From Lysobacterales bacterium (lineage in GTDB: Bacteria; Pseudomonadota; Gammaproteobacteria; Xanthomonadales; SZUA-38): a stretch of DNA of 64,000 bases. Within the stretch, counting starts at the first letter, position 1, and the number at the start of each line of letters is the position of its first letter. A model generated the notes under the pieces. It was not told the origin of the DNA, did not search any database, and worked only from the letters and a program-made list of their open reading frames with translations. The position numbers and the translations under genes were made by a program. Below, one piece after another: positions 39,642 through 49,822 of this stretch. The DNA lies in NCBI GenBank assembly GCA_045106555.1, contig JBGCET010000014.1:193997-257996 (forward strand), written 5' to 3'.

Positions 39642-40436
39642 TTACAGCCAGCGTCGGGAACCGAGTAGCACGGCTAGGCAAAGAATGATCAGGGCCAACG
39701 GTCCCGGCCCTGGCACTGCGGTCGGGTTTCCGTTACCAGGACCACCGCCTATGACCGGCGCGGTAAAGGTTACGCTTAAACTAGGGACCGCCGTTGTGGT
39801 GAAGTTTTCTCGTGAATCAAAGCGCATGGCGGTTCGCGTTGCATCTTCCTCGCCGATAAGTATCCAGCCGTCGTTGGTGGCAGTGCCGTTGACCCAGGCG
39901 TCTACGTCGGATGCAAGGCCTGTGAAATCATAAGGACCCAGCAAACTCAATACGTTGGTGGATGAGCTGGGTGCTGCAACGAAGTCGCCGCCTTCGGTGT
40001 TCCAGGCAGTGGTGCCAAAAATACGTTCTTGCCAGGTGGCATCTCCCGCCGTGGCGGCGGTGCCTGTGCCTCCCGGTGAGCCGGCGTCGGAGGTGCCTTC
40101 GCCCCAGGCGCCAGTGACGCGATGCAAGGTGAAAGTCCTTGAATTACTTCCCGGTGAGGCGAGCGAAAGCGTCAAGCTCAAGGTTGCGCTGCTGATGCTG
40201 GAGCCTGTTGGAATGCTGCTGAAATCGAACGCCAACAGCGAACGACGATTATTGCCCTGATTGGTTTGTCCGCTATAAAGATGGGGTCCAATACCGTTGC
40301 TGAGATCGGACCCTGGTTCTGAGAACAGCACCGTGTCACGGCTGGGTTCCAAAGTGATCGTAGTTTGGGCCCAGCTAACCAGCGGCATCAGCGCCAACAG
40401 TGCGGCCGTAACCGGAAATTTCATCGTTAACGCCAT
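39642..40436 (-). CDS. exported DNRLRE-like beta-sandwich protein with PEP-CTERM-like C-terminal anchor
   Basis: Signal peptide MALTMKFPVTAALLALMPLVSWA. The core NNRRSLLAFDFSSIPTGSSISSATLSLTL...LHRVTGAWGEG follows. The tail VPGPGPLALIILCLAVLLGSRRWL has a Pro-rich motif, a TM helix and a basic end. The ORF-track start at 40631 overlaps the OPT gene and is unlikely. Confidence 0.55.
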   Translation of the reverse strand: MALTMKFPVTAALLALMPLVSWAQTTITLEPSRDTVLFSEPGSDLSNGIGPHLYSGQTNQGNNRRSLLAFDFSSIPTGSSISSATLSLTLSLASPGSNSRTFTLHRVTGAWGEGTSDAGSPGGTGTAATAGDATWQERIFGTTAWNTEGGDFVAAPSSSTNVLSLLGPYDFTGLASDVDAWVNGTATNDGWILIGEEDATRTAMRFDSRENFTTTAVPSLSVTFTAPVIGGGPGNGNPTAVPGPGPLALIILCLAVLLGSRRWL

Positions 40437-40583
40437 GACGGTTTCCTTAATTGTCGTGGTTTGTATTCTAACTACGACAAGGTGGATTACTACCGCGGTC
40501 GGGTGACCCACGTCACAAATCCCGCCGGTAGTTGCCCCATGTTCTGGTAATATTCGCGCCGGACCCGCTCTGAGACCATGTAA

Positions 40584-42632
40584 ATGAGTCAACTGCCCCC
40601 TTTGCCAGCACCGCTGGTTGCTCCGCAACAAAACCTGGTGGAATTTACCTTCAAGGCCTTTGTGCTTGGAGCCATTTTGTCCATGCTGCTGGCCGCCGCC
40701 AATGCTTACATTGGTTTGCTGGTTGGATTGACCGTATCGGCCTCCATTCCGGCAGCTGCGGCATCCATGGGCTTACTGCGTTTGTTCAAACGCTCCACCA
40801 TCTTGGAAAACAACATGGTGCAGACCGCCGCCTCTGCAGGTGAGTCACTGGTCGCCGGCATCATTTTTACCATCCCTGCGCTGGTGATGATGAACGCCTG
40901 GGCGGGATACGAATACGGACCGATGGTGGCCATTGCTGTACTGGGAGGCATTCTTGGCGTGGCATTCACCGTGCCCCTTCGACGGGCGTTGATTGTAGAG
41001 GCGCAGCTGAAATTTCCCGAGGGCGTAGCGACCGCGGAAGTGCTGAAGACTGGCGGTATCGAGACCGATCGCAGCCAGCCTCAGGGAGCCTCAGACGACA
41101 CCGCCAGCCGCAGTTTCAAAATGCTGCTACAGGCTGCGGGAATCGGAGTGTTGTTCAAGATGCTCGAATCCGGCGTTGGGCTTTTGGCGGGGGGCATTGC
41201 CACGACCCGCGCCTGGCTGGGCGGCAGCTACCTTTTCACCGGCGGAATTACCTTAAGCCCGGCATTGGTGGGTGTGGGGTATATCGTGGGACTCAATATC
41301 GCGATGCTGGTTTTTCTGGGTGGCGTGATCGGCACGCTGATTGGTGTGCCCCTGAACTGGGCCTTTAATTCTGAGGCCATTTTGACTGCCGTCGGCATGG
41401 ACCCAGGCACCCAGTGGTCGGAAATTTCCTCCAGCCAGTGGGGTACCCTGGCCGGCCAGGCCTGGCAGGATTGCCGGCGTATTGGGGTAGGCGCGATGAT
41501 TGTTGGTGGAGTGTGGTCCCTCATCAGCCTGCTCGGTCCGTTGGCCGCAGGTATCAAAGCCAGTATGGCGGCTTACCGAACTACCGCAGCCGGTGGCGGC
41601 GGTACGATACTGCGCACCGAATTTGATACACCCATCAATTATGTGGCCAGCGTGGCGGCGATCGCAGTTGTGCCGCTGTTTTTTGTGTTTTATCTGGCCC
41701 TTGGGGACTACCCCGACAAGATTCTGATTGCCAGCGTGATGACCGTTCTAATGTTGGTATTTGGGTTTATTTTTGCCTCGGTCGCCGGTTATATGGCTGG
41801 GCTTGTAGGCAGTTCCAACAACCCAATTTCCGGCGTGACGATCGCGACGGTCATTGTTTCGGCGTTGATTTTATTGCAGCTGATGGGTAATGAAGGGCCC
41901 GCCGCAACCCTGGGTCCCATTGCGGTCATTTATCTTGCAGGTTTGATCTGCTCGGCGGCAGCCATTGCCGGGGACAACATGCAAGATCTCAAATGTGGTC
42001 ATGTATTGGGTGCAACGCCCTGGCGCCAGCAAGTGTTTCAGGTTGTGGGCGTGGTGGCCGCTGCGATGATCATTCCCTTTGTGCTGGGTGTGCTTGACCA
42101 GGGTTACGGCATCGGCAGACCCAGCCCACTGAACCCAGATGCTCAGCCTTTAGCCGCTCCTCAGGCTGGGCTGATGCAGGCTCTGGCCAGCGGAATTTTC
42201 GGCGCGGGTATTGAGTGGAATTTTATCTTCATGGGCTTTGGTCTCGCAGTCGTCCTGATTGTGCTGGACAAGATCCAGGAGAAACGCGGTTCGGATTTTC
42301 GGTTCCCTGTTTTGGCGGTTGCGGTAGGGGTGTATCTGCCGTTGGGCTTGTCTGTACCCATTTTCGTCGGCGGGCTGGTAGCCCACATTGTCGCTCGTAA
42401 AGCTCGTCATCTGACGGACGAGCAGCGCAGTGCAGGTCAAGGAAAAGGCCTGTTGATTGCCTCAGGGTTAATTACCGGCGAAGCGCTGATGGGGGTTCTG
42501 GTGGCGATTGTGGCGGCGTTTGTAATGCCGCTGCCGTTAGTGAGTGGATTTGGCCTTGCTGCGATATTGGGCAGTGTCGCAATGATACTGATTGTGGTGT
42601 ATCAATATCGCCGCTCGCTGATGCACAGCTGA
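40584..42632 (+). CDS. OPT-family oligopeptide transporter
   Basis: 682 aa with about 16 TM helices. The N-terminal EFTFKAFVLGAILSMLLAAANAYIGLLVG and internal NPISGVT strings are typical of the OPT family. Confidence 0.9.
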   Translation: MSQLPPLPAPLVAPQQNLVEFTFKAFVLGAILSMLLAAANAYIGLLVGLTVSASIPAAAASMGLLRLFKRSTILENNMVQTAASAGESLVAGIIFTIPALVMMNAWAGYEYGPMVAIAVLGGILGVAFTVPLRRALIVEAQLKFPEGVATAEVLKTGGIETDRSQPQGASDDTASRSFKMLLQAAGIGVLFKMLESGVGLLAGGIATTRAWLGGSYLFTGGITLSPALVGVGYIVGLNIAMLVFLGGVIGTLIGVPLNWAFNSEAILTAVGMDPGTQWSEISSSQWGTLAGQAWQDCRRIGVGAMIVGGVWSLISLLGPLAAGIKASMAAYRTTAAGGGGTILRTEFDTPINYVASVAAIAVVPLFFVFYLALGDYPDKILIASVMTVLMLVFGFIFASVAGYMAGLVGSSNNPISGVTIATVIVSALILLQLMGNEGPAATLGPIAVIYLAGLICSAAAIAGDNMQDLKCGHVLGATPWRQQVFQVVGVVAAAMIIPFVLGVLDQGYGIGRPSPLNPDAQPLAAPQAGLMQALASGIFGAGIEWNFIFMGFGLAVVLIVLDKIQEKRGSDFRFPVLAVAVGVYLPLGLSVPIFVGGLVAHIVARKARHLTDEQRSAGQGKGLLIASGLITGEALMGVLVAIVAAFVMPLPLVSGFGLAAILGSVAMILIVVYQYRRSLMHS

Positions 42633-42692
42633 CGCCGTTTTGCCCGGTTGACAGTGGGTCGACCGGGCATTGACAATCGTCGCCTTTTGGCA

Positions 42693-42714
42693 TAACTTAC
42701 CTTCATGTAAGTTA
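42693..42714. promoter_or_regulatory. candidate operator: perfect 8-bp inverted repeat upstream of a TetR gene
   Basis: TAACTTAC-cttcat-GTAAGTTA ends 12 nt before the TetR ATG at 42727. Confidence 0.4.
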
Positions 42715-42726
42715 ATTGACGCCACC

Positions 42727-43293
42727 ATGCCGCGCCTGAATAACGCCAGAGACCAGATTATCGAACGTGCCCGAACGCTGCTGACTGAGCGAGGTTTTGA
42801 CGGGTTCAGCTATCGGGACATCAGCGAACATCTGGGTATCAAGAACGCGGCCATTCATTACCACTTCCCCAGCAAAACGGATCTGGGGCTGGCGTTGGTA
42901 AGAGATTTTGCTGAAGAAATGGGAAAACAGATCCAGAAGGCGCGGGCAACTCTGGCGCCAAAAGATCAGCTTGAGGCGTATTTTGCCTACGAAACCCACT
43001 ACTGCGCGGGTTTGCGTTTGTGTCCTGTGGGCACCTTCACCACTAGCTGGGAGGGCCTGACCGATGACATGCGCAAAGCGCTGGCGGAATTCTGGCAAGG
43101 GGTTGTTTCGTGGCTGGCCGAAGTTCTGGAACAAGGCCGCCGTTTGGGTGAGCTGACATTTATTGGCGAGGCCGCTGACAAAGCACAGCAGCTGATTGCC
43201 ACCATGTCCGGAGCGAGACAACAGTCGCGTCTGGAAAGCACCAATTTGGTTGAGAAAATCGCCGGACAATACCGACGAGAGCTAATGCACTGA
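42727..43293 (+). CDS. TetR/AcrR-family transcriptional regulator
   Basis: HTH string FSYRDISEHLGIKNAAIHYHFPSK. Confidence 0.85.
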   Translation: MPRLNNARDQIIERARTLLTERGFDGFSYRDISEHLGIKNAAIHYHFPSKTDLGLALVRDFAEEMGKQIQKARATLAPKDQLEAYFAYETHYCAGLRLCPVGTFTTSWEGLTDDMRKALAEFWQGVVSWLAEVLEQGRRLGELTFIGEAADKAQQLIATMSGARQQSRLESTNLVEKIAGQYRRELMH

Positions 43294-43365
43294 ATGAGGA
43301 CGTTTACCGGGTAATGTATTTACTCGCAAAACTTACTTATAAATAGGTAAAAATGGAGAAGAGGC

Positions 43366-43860
43366 ATGTTTTCAATGAATCACGCAATACACGACGGGGC
43401 ACAAGCCACTCATTCCGGTTATGCCGGTGACCCCATGGCTGACGCCAGGCGATCACCCGACGTCCCTGTTCCTAAAACTGGCGAGTGGGCTGGAGCGGCA
43501 GGAAAGACCGCGTTCTGGCTGATATCAGGCGCGATACTAGGCGTTTCCACTATTGCGGCCGTTGGCTTGTTGCCTGCTGCTGAGCAGGTTAGGGTTTTGG
43601 CGGCCCTTGCCGCAGGGTTTGGTCTGGTTCACCTTTGGCTGATAGTTGATCAATCCAATCGCCTGGCGATGTTAGGCAGCGCGTTTTCAGGCACTGCCAT
43701 ATTGCTGTTGGCGCTCAATGCCTTACCCGGGCATCCGGGCCTGATCGGGGTGGCGTATGCATTAGGGGCTTTGGCCAGCTTTGCCGGAACAGAGCGGGCC
43801 AATCCGCTGCTGTTAATGTCCGGCTCAGGCTTGGCGGTATTGGCCCTGCTGGGTTCCTGA
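43366..43860 (+). CDS. hypothetical integral membrane protein (about 4 TM)
   Basis: GGAGAAGAGG RBS before the ATG. The C-terminal two thirds are hydrophobic. No family is recognised. Confidence 0.55.
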   Translation: MFSMNHAIHDGAQATHSGYAGDPMADARRSPDVPVPKTGEWAGAAGKTAFWLISGAILGVSTIAAVGLLPAAEQVRVLAALAAGFGLVHLWLIVDQSNRLAMLGSAFSGTAILLLALNALPGHPGLIGVAYALGALASFAGTERANPLLLMSGSGLAVLALLGS

Positions 43861-43954
43861 AACCGTGCTGTTTCGTGCTATTGTCCTGAAATTAGGGTCA
43901 AATTCGCCCCGTAGATGAGTCGGCACAGGTTCACGCAGGGCAGGGACAATCAGC

Positions 43955-45757
43955 ATGAAACATGCGTGGTTTTCTGCGCTGCTGGTGATCAGCAGCGCGG
44001 CGGCCGAGGTTACTCTTGAGGCAGGGAAGAGCGATTATTTGCTCTCTGAGTCACTTCAGTACGTGGCGGTTGACACAAACCTGAACCGCAATGACGTGTT
44101 GGCGCTGCCAGCAACACAGTTTCGGGCAATACCCTCCAGCAATACTTTCGGCTTCAGTGCGAAAGCCCACTGGGTCACCGGCGAAATCCTCAATAGCTCA
44201 CACCCTGACAGTCAATGGGTGCTGATGCTCGAGTCAGCGCTCTTGGATTATCTGGATCTGTACGTTGAAGACAGTTCTGGAACAGTGATTCGCAGCGTGA
44301 GCGGCGACCGTGAACCGTTTAGCCGGCGCTATGTAAACCATCGCTATTTCTCCTTCCCAATAACCATAGAGCCCGGTCAGCGAGTGCATATTGCGCTGCG
44401 CGTCTCCAGTGAAAGTACCATTCAGATTCCGATCAGGTTGATGACCTTAACCACACTGGCAGACCGCAATTACTTGGGACAATGGGGTCTGGGGCTACTG
44501 TACGGCGTATTGCTTGCGTTGGTGGCCTACAACTTCCTGTTATACCTATCGCTGCGGGACCCAACATTTCTGTATTACGTGATTTACGTAACGGCCTTTG
44601 CCTTGCTGCAGCTGTGCCTTAACGGGCTGAGTTTTCAGTTTTTCTGGCCCGAGGATCCCACCGTTGCCAACCGGGCGCTGCTATTGATATTGCCCTTGGC
44701 ACAGCTGGCGATGTTGCAGTTCTGTCGGAGTTTTCTCAGCCTCAAAAACTCCGCACCTCAGCTGGACAGGCTTTGCCTGATGCTCATGGCGGTGCTGGCC
44801 TTAACCGCTGCGACCGCGTTTGTTGCTTCTTACAGCAGCGTGGTCCGACTCGCTACCGCCATGGTGTTTATGTCTGCTTTGGTGGTATTTGCAAGTGCGG
44901 TGAGCGCGTGGCGCCGGGGCTTCAAGCCCGCGCGGTTTTTTCTGATTGCCTGGGTGCTGGTAATTTTAGGAATGCTGGCGTATGCCGGCGTGTCCTTTGG
45001 TCTGTTTCCGAAGGTGTTCATTACCACGTATGGGATGCAGATTGGGTCAGCTGCAGAAATGGTGTTGTTGTCGTTTGCACTGGCTTACCGGATGCGGTTG
45101 TTGCAGCAAGAAAACCAGCGCATCGAATTTGAAGCCAGAACGCAGATGGAGCAGCGAGTGGCCGAGCGAACCGGAGAATTAAACGACGCGTTGACCCGTT
45201 TGGAGATCGCCAACCGGGTATTGGAAGAATCCAGCCAGCGCGATGGCCTGACCGGCGTATACAACCGTCGCCACCTGGATCTTTCGCTCACCAAGCTGTG
45301 GGCACAGGCCATTGACCAGGGTCGCCCGCTGGGGTTGATTGTGCTGGACCTGGATAATTTCAAACAGGTGAACGATCAGCGCGGCCATATGGCGGGTGAT
45401 GACTGCTTACGCCAGGTTGCTGAGGTCATGGAACAAACGCTGGTAGAGCATCGTAGTGTATTGGCGCGTTTTGGCGGTGAGGAGTTTTTTGTGCTGTTGC
45501 CGGAAACTGATGGCGAAGACATCCTGGCGCTAGCACAAAGGCTGCGGGAGAGGATCGAACAGCGGGTGATCGTTAGCGAAGACCAGTCGTTTAAGGTGAC
45601 CGTCAGCATTGGGGCGGCCAGTCTGACAGCAGGTCAGGGACGCACCTATCGTGATTTGGTGCGGGCCGCAGACAAGGCAATGTACGAGGCGAAAAATCAG
45701 GGCCGCAATCGCGTTGTGGGCGGTGGCGACCTGATGAGCAGCGATTACCGGGGTTGA
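43955..45757 (+). CDS. diguanylate cyclase with 7TMR-DISM extracellular and 7-TM sensor modules
   Basis: Signal peptide, extracellular beta-sandwich region and 7 TM helices, followed by a coiled coil and a GGDEF domain (RFGGEEF, with the I-site-like RQVAE region upstream). Confidence 0.9.
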   Translation: MKHAWFSALLVISSAAAEVTLEAGKSDYLLSESLQYVAVDTNLNRNDVLALPATQFRAIPSSNTFGFSAKAHWVTGEILNSSHPDSQWVLMLESALLDYLDLYVEDSSGTVIRSVSGDREPFSRRYVNHRYFSFPITIEPGQRVHIALRVSSESTIQIPIRLMTLTTLADRNYLGQWGLGLLYGVLLALVAYNFLLYLSLRDPTFLYYVIYVTAFALLQLCLNGLSFQFFWPEDPTVANRALLLILPLAQLAMLQFCRSFLSLKNSAPQLDRLCLMLMAVLALTAATAFVASYSSVVRLATAMVFMSALVVFASAVSAWRRGFKPARFFLIAWVLVILGMLAYAGVSFGLFPKVFITTYGMQIGSAAEMVLLSFALAYRMRLLQQENQRIEFEARTQMEQRVAERTGELNDALTRLEIANRVLEESSQRDGLTGVYNRRHLDLSLTKLWAQAIDQGRPLGLIVLDLDNFKQVNDQRGHMAGDDCLRQVAEVMEQTLVEHRSVLARFGGEEFFVLLPETDGEDILALAQRLRERIEQRVIVSEDQSFKVTVSIGAASLTAGQGRTYRDLVRAADKAMYEAKNQGRNRVVGGGDLMSSDYRG

Positions 45758-46728
45758 GTGGCGCGAATCACCCGAAACGAGGGGTTGCCGGCAATCTCTG
45801 TAACCTGGGAAAACCGTTTGGCCAAGCGGCTGGGGTAGTCGAGAAATCGATTGGCCACCAGCCACAACTCGCCATCCCGAGTCAGTGCCTTGGCCGCGTC
45901 ATCGAGCATTTTGTGGGTAACGGTCAGATCCTGATTCACACCCTGATGAAAGGGCGGATTGCTGATAATCCAGCGGAACGGGCCAGACTGCTCGGCGATG
46001 CCGTTAGCGCCAACAACCTCACCGCGAAGCTGGTTCTTTTCCAGAGTTTTGAGGCAAGAGCGCACCGCCAGCAAATCAACATCAAGCGCTGTTACCTGAG
46101 CGCCGCGTTGTGCGGCCGCAGCGCTGAGTACACCACAGCCGCAGCCAAAATCCAGGCATCTGCCCAGCATCTGATGGGGTAAATGGGCCAACAGCAGGGC
46201 GCTGGCGTCGTCCAGGCGCCCGTGGGCAAACACGCCAGGTAAACTGTGTAGCGTCAGATCGTCCAGCTTATGGCAATGCCAGTAACCTTCGATGTCGAAA
46301 CTCATTGGCCGCACGGGGGCGCTGGCCTCAAACAGCATGCAATGACGGGCGGCATCGAGCTTTCTGCACTGAGAAAAGTGTTGGGAAAGGTGCTTGCCAG
46401 CTGAGGCAATGCCGGCCTTTTTTGCCCCCACCAACCAGAGTTTCCCATCCGGTGTCAGGCAGGCTGCCGCCAGCTCCAGGAGCATTTTCCAGCGCGCTTT
46501 GGACTTGGGTAAATACACCACAACATGGTGGCAGCTGTCGGAGTGTAGTTCACAGCTCACCTCCATATGCTGGGACATGTGTTGTGCATCGGCGTGATTC
46601 AACACGATGGCGCGCTGGGCGGAAAAGGGTTGCCAGAAACCATCTGCCGGCGGATTAATCCATAAACGCTCGGTATCTGCCGATAGCGCCTCGCGCTGGC
46701 GCAGCAGCAGTTCAGATTCAGCGTTCAG
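45745..46728 (-). CDS. rsmC: class I SAM-dependent rRNA methyltransferase, RsmC/RlmG-like
   Basis: [13 protein letters not shown] motif and the [10 protein letters not shown] catalytic motif. The reading frame stays open upstream of the GTG at 46605 and encodes the RsmC-like N-terminus SELLLRQ. The only start-like codon there is CTG at 46728. Confidence 0.7.
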   Translation of the reverse strand: MNAESELLLRQREALSADTERLWINPPADGFWQPFSAQRAIVLNHADAQHMSQHMEVSCELHSDSCHHVVVYLPKSKARWKMLLELAAACLTPDGKLWLVGAKKAGIASAGKHLSQHFSQCRKLDAARHCMLFEASAPVRPMSFDIEGYWHCHKLDDLTLHSLPGVFAHGRLDDASALLLAHLPHQMLGRCLDFGCGCGVLSAAAAQRGAQVTALDVDLLAVRSCLKTLEKNQLRGEVVGANGIAEQSGPFRWIISNPPFHQGVNQDLTVTHKMLDDAAKALTRDGELWLVANRFLDYPSRLAKRFSQVTEIAGNPSFRVIRATQPR

Positions 46729-48050
46729 ACGGCGCTCTCAGCAAACAGGTCGTATTCGTCCGCGCCGGTGATGTTGACGCTGACGAAGCTGCCAGGCCGC
46801 AGCTTGCCAGGGTTGGCAATGTGCACCACACCGTCAATTTCCGGCGCATCAGAGTAACTGCGGGCAATGGCGCCGGCGGGGGTTATTTCGTCGACCAACA
46901 CTTTTTCGGTGTTGCCAATGCGGGCCTGAAGTTTGGCGGCGCTGATTTCCTGGGCCACCGCCATGAAACGATCGTAACGCTCCTGCTTTACCGTGTCTGG
47001 CAACGCTCCGTCCAGCGCATTGGCGCGGGCCCCGTCCACTGGGCTGTATTGAAAACAACCCACGCGATCGAGCTGCGCGGCGGCAATAAATTCCAGCAGC
47101 GTTTCAAACTGAGACTCAGTCTCTCCGGGAAAACCCACGATGAAGGTACTGCGCACAGCAATTTCCGGACAGATCTCCCGCCATCGTTGCAGCCGCTCCA
47201 GAGTATTGTGGGCTGCAGCCGGTCGGCGCATGGCTTTGAGAACTTGCGGGCTGCCGTGCTGCAAAGGCACATCCAGATAAGGCAGGATTTTTCCCTCCGC
47301 CATCAGCGGAATAATGCGATCTACGTGAGGATAGGGGTACACATAATGCAGGCGAACCCAGATACCAATGTCCCCCAGTGCCTTACATAAATCCTCCAGA
47401 TTGCTGCGCCACGTTTGGCCGGCAAATGAGTATTCCGCGTATTTGATGTCGACCCCGTAGGCGCTGGTATCTTGAGCAATCACCAGTAATTCCCGCACGC
47501 CCGCTGCGCTCAGGCGGCGGGCTTCTGCCAATACGTCGCTGATGGGGCGACTGACCAGTCGGCCGCGCATATCCGGAATGATGCAAAAGCTACATTTGTG
47601 ATTACAGCCTTCAGAAATTTTTAAATACGCGTAGTGTCGTGGCGTGAGCTTGATGCCCTGTTTGGGCACCAGCGATTCAAAAGGCAACTCTGGCGGAGGT
47701 GGTAAATGTTCATGCACCGACTCAACCACGGCGTCGTATTGTTGGGGTCCGCTGATATCCAACACTTTGGGATGCACATCCAAAATATCTTGCTCATTGG
47801 CGCCCATACAACCCGTGACCAGCACTCGGCCGTTTTCCTCCAGCGCCTCGCCAATGGTTTCCAGCGACTCTGCTTTGGCGCTGTCGATAAACCCACAGGT
47901 ATTGACCACCACCAGGTCGGCCTGTTGGTAGTCGGGAACGATTTCGTAACCATCGGTTCGAAGCTGGGTAAGGATGCGCTCGGAATCCACCAGTGCCTTG
48001 GGGCATCCCAAGCTGACAAATCCTACGCGTGCGGAATTTTCACTGCTCAT
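46725..48050 (-). CDS. rimO: ribosomal protein S12 methylthiotransferase
   Basis: N-terminal UPF0004 domain ([13 protein letters not shown]), radical SAM motif CNHKCSFC and a C-terminal TRAM domain. Confidence 0.92.
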   Translation of the reverse strand: MSSENSARVGFVSLGCPKALVDSERILTQLRTDGYEIVPDYQQADLVVVNTCGFIDSAKAESLETIGEALEENGRVLVTGCMGANEQDILDVHPKVLDISGPQQYDAVVESVHEHLPPPPELPFESLVPKQGIKLTPRHYAYLKISEGCNHKCSFCIIPDMRGRLVSRPISDVLAEARRLSAAGVRELLVIAQDTSAYGVDIKYAEYSFAGQTWRSNLEDLCKALGDIGIWVRLHYVYPYPHVDRIIPLMAEGKILPYLDVPLQHGSPQVLKAMRRPAAAHNTLERLQRWREICPEIAVRSTFIVGFPGETESQFETLLEFIAAAQLDRVGCFQYSPVDGARANALDGALPDTVKQERYDRFMAVAQEISAAKLQARIGNTEKVLVDEITPAGAIARSYSDAPEIDGVVHIANPGKLRPGSFVSVNITGADEYDLFAESAV

Positions 48051-48085
48051 GCCTCATTATCCCTGAAACCTCTGTGAGTTACTCT

Positions 48086-49822
48086 ATGCAAATGTTAGTA
48101 CTCAAGTGTTTTGGTCTGGATTTACGCCTCCGATTATCGGTTACGGTCCTTCTATTGGCTTTGTGCACCCCAGGTGTGGTCAGTGCCGCTGACGAAACCC
48201 CGCTGTTGGATCTGCTGGACGGTGAGCTAAAACGCTATATGACGACCCTTGCAGCCGGTGACCCGGAAGGCTATTTCTTGGCCTATCGAGTGGCAGACAT
48301 CACCAGCCATTCATTGAGCGCCAGCTTTGGCGCGCTGGAACGCGACTCCCAGCAGCGTTGGCGAAGACTCTACGTAGAGGCTAGGGTTGGCGACTACCAG
48401 CGGGATAACACCCATGTGCTTCGCAGTGACGGTATTCGCGGCGGGGTGAACTATCGAAATAACTGGCAAACGCTGCCACTGGAAAATGATTCTCAGGCAC
48501 TGCGTGAACTGATTTGGCAATCCACCGACCGGGTGTACCAGCAAGCCCTGGATCACATGGCCAAAGTGACCAGCAACCTGACGGTGAAAGTGACTGAAGA
48601 AGACACCTCGGCAGACTTTTCTCGGGAAAAACCGGTGGAATTTATCCAGCCTGAGCCCGAATCAGAGTTTCCGGCCTGGCTCTGGCCGGACCGCTTGCGA
48701 AAATACTCTCAGCGATTTGCCAGCAATGCCGACCTGCTGGTTGGGCGGGTTAGTCTGGCGCAAACCCGCACGTTGCAGCATTTGGTGAATAGCGAAGGAA
48801 CTCGATTGCGTCAGGGCAGCGTTCTGTTCAAGCTCACCCTTGAGGTGATGGTGAAAGCCGAAGATGGCATGGAAATGCCATTGAGCCGCACCCTGCTGGC
48901 GGCGAACGTCGACGAATTGCCTGATGACAACGCCGTGATGGCAGAAATTGACGCGTTGCTCCGTCAGGCCCAGGCGCTGAAGACCGCGCCCCTGGTAACC
49001 GCGTACTCCGGCCCGGTGTTGCTGGAAGGGCGGGCCAGTGCGGTGTTTTTCCATGAGTTGCTGGGACACCGGGTGGAGGGCCATAGGCTGCGCCGAGAAG
49101 AAAGCGCGCAGACCTTAAAGCGCAAGCTAGGTGAAGCAATTTTGCCGCCTGGGTTTAACGTCTTTTTTGATCCAACCCGCGAAACATTCAACGGCGAGAG
49201 ATTACTCGGAAGCTATGAGGTGGACGATGAGGGGGTGCGGGCGCAACGAGTGGATGTTGTAGAAAATGGCGTGTTGAGTAATTTTCTGATGTCCAGGATC
49301 CCCATCGAAGGGTTCGATAAATCCAATGGCCACGGCCGCGCTCAGGCACTCAGTGGCCGTTCGCCGGTGGCTCGCCAGTCCAATCTGTTTGTGGAGGTGG
49401 AAAAGCCGCTTTCTCCCCAGCAACTCAAAGCGCAATTTCTGGCGTCAATTGAGAGCTCGGAAAAAGGGTATGGATTGGTGATTCGTGACGCAACTGGAGG
49501 GTTCACCACCACTAACCGGCAAAACCCCAATGCGTTGAAAGTGATACCCACTTTGCTCTACAAGATGTATCCCGACGGCCGAGAGGAGTTGGCCCGGGGC
49601 GTTGACGTGATCGGAACGCCGCTGCTGACCCTCAGCCATATTCAAGCGGGTGCAAGCGACCCTCAGGTGTTCCATGGCTGGTGTGGGGCTGAGTCGGGCT
49701 TTGTGCCGGTGTCACTGGTAGCGCCAACGGTGTTGCTGGATCGCTTGGAAGTGCAGCGCAAGTCTCGATCCCAAACCCGTCCTCCGATTTTACCTAACCC
49801 CGTACCGGAGGACGCGCCATGA
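48086..49822 (+). CDS. exported TldD-like metallopeptidase
   Basis: Signal peptide ending VVSA-AD, HELLGHRVEGH zinc motif (the HExxxH of the TldD family) and a C-terminal GxC region (HGWCGAESG). Confidence 0.8.
   Translation: MQMLVLKCFGLDLRLRLSVTVLLLALCTPGVVSAADETPLLDLLDGELKRYMTTLAAGDPEGYFLAYRVADITSHSLSASFGALERDSQQRWRRLYVEARVGDYQRDNTHVLRSDGIRGGVNYRNNWQTLPLENDSQALRELIWQSTDRVYQQALDHMAKVTSNLTVKVTEEDTSADFSREKPVEFIQPEPESEFPAWLWPDRLRKYSQRFASNADLLVGRVSLAQTRTLQHLVNSEGTRLRQGSVLFKLTLEVMVKAEDGMEMPLSRTLLAANVDELPDDNAVMAEIDALLRQAQALKTAPLVTAYSGPVLLEGRASAVFFHELLGHRVEGHRLRREESAQTLKRKLGEAILPPGFNVFFDPTRETFNGERLLGSYEVDDEGVRAQRVDVVENGVLSNFLMSRIPIEGFDKSNGHGRAQALSGRSPVARQSNLFVEVEKPLSPQQLKAQFLASIESSEKGYGLVIRDATGGFTTTNRQNPNALKVIPTLLYKMYPDGREELARGVDVIGTPLLTLSHIQAGASDPQVFHGWCGAESGFVPVSLVAPTVLLDRLEVQRKSRSQTRPPILPNPVPEDAP

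Noticed and set aside
40437-40631. N-terminal 65-aa extension of the DNRLRE-like ORF given by the ORF-track start at 40631.
   Set aside because: The extension overlaps the start of the OPT transporter gene and precedes a clear signal peptide that begins at the Met at 40436. It is most likely not translated.
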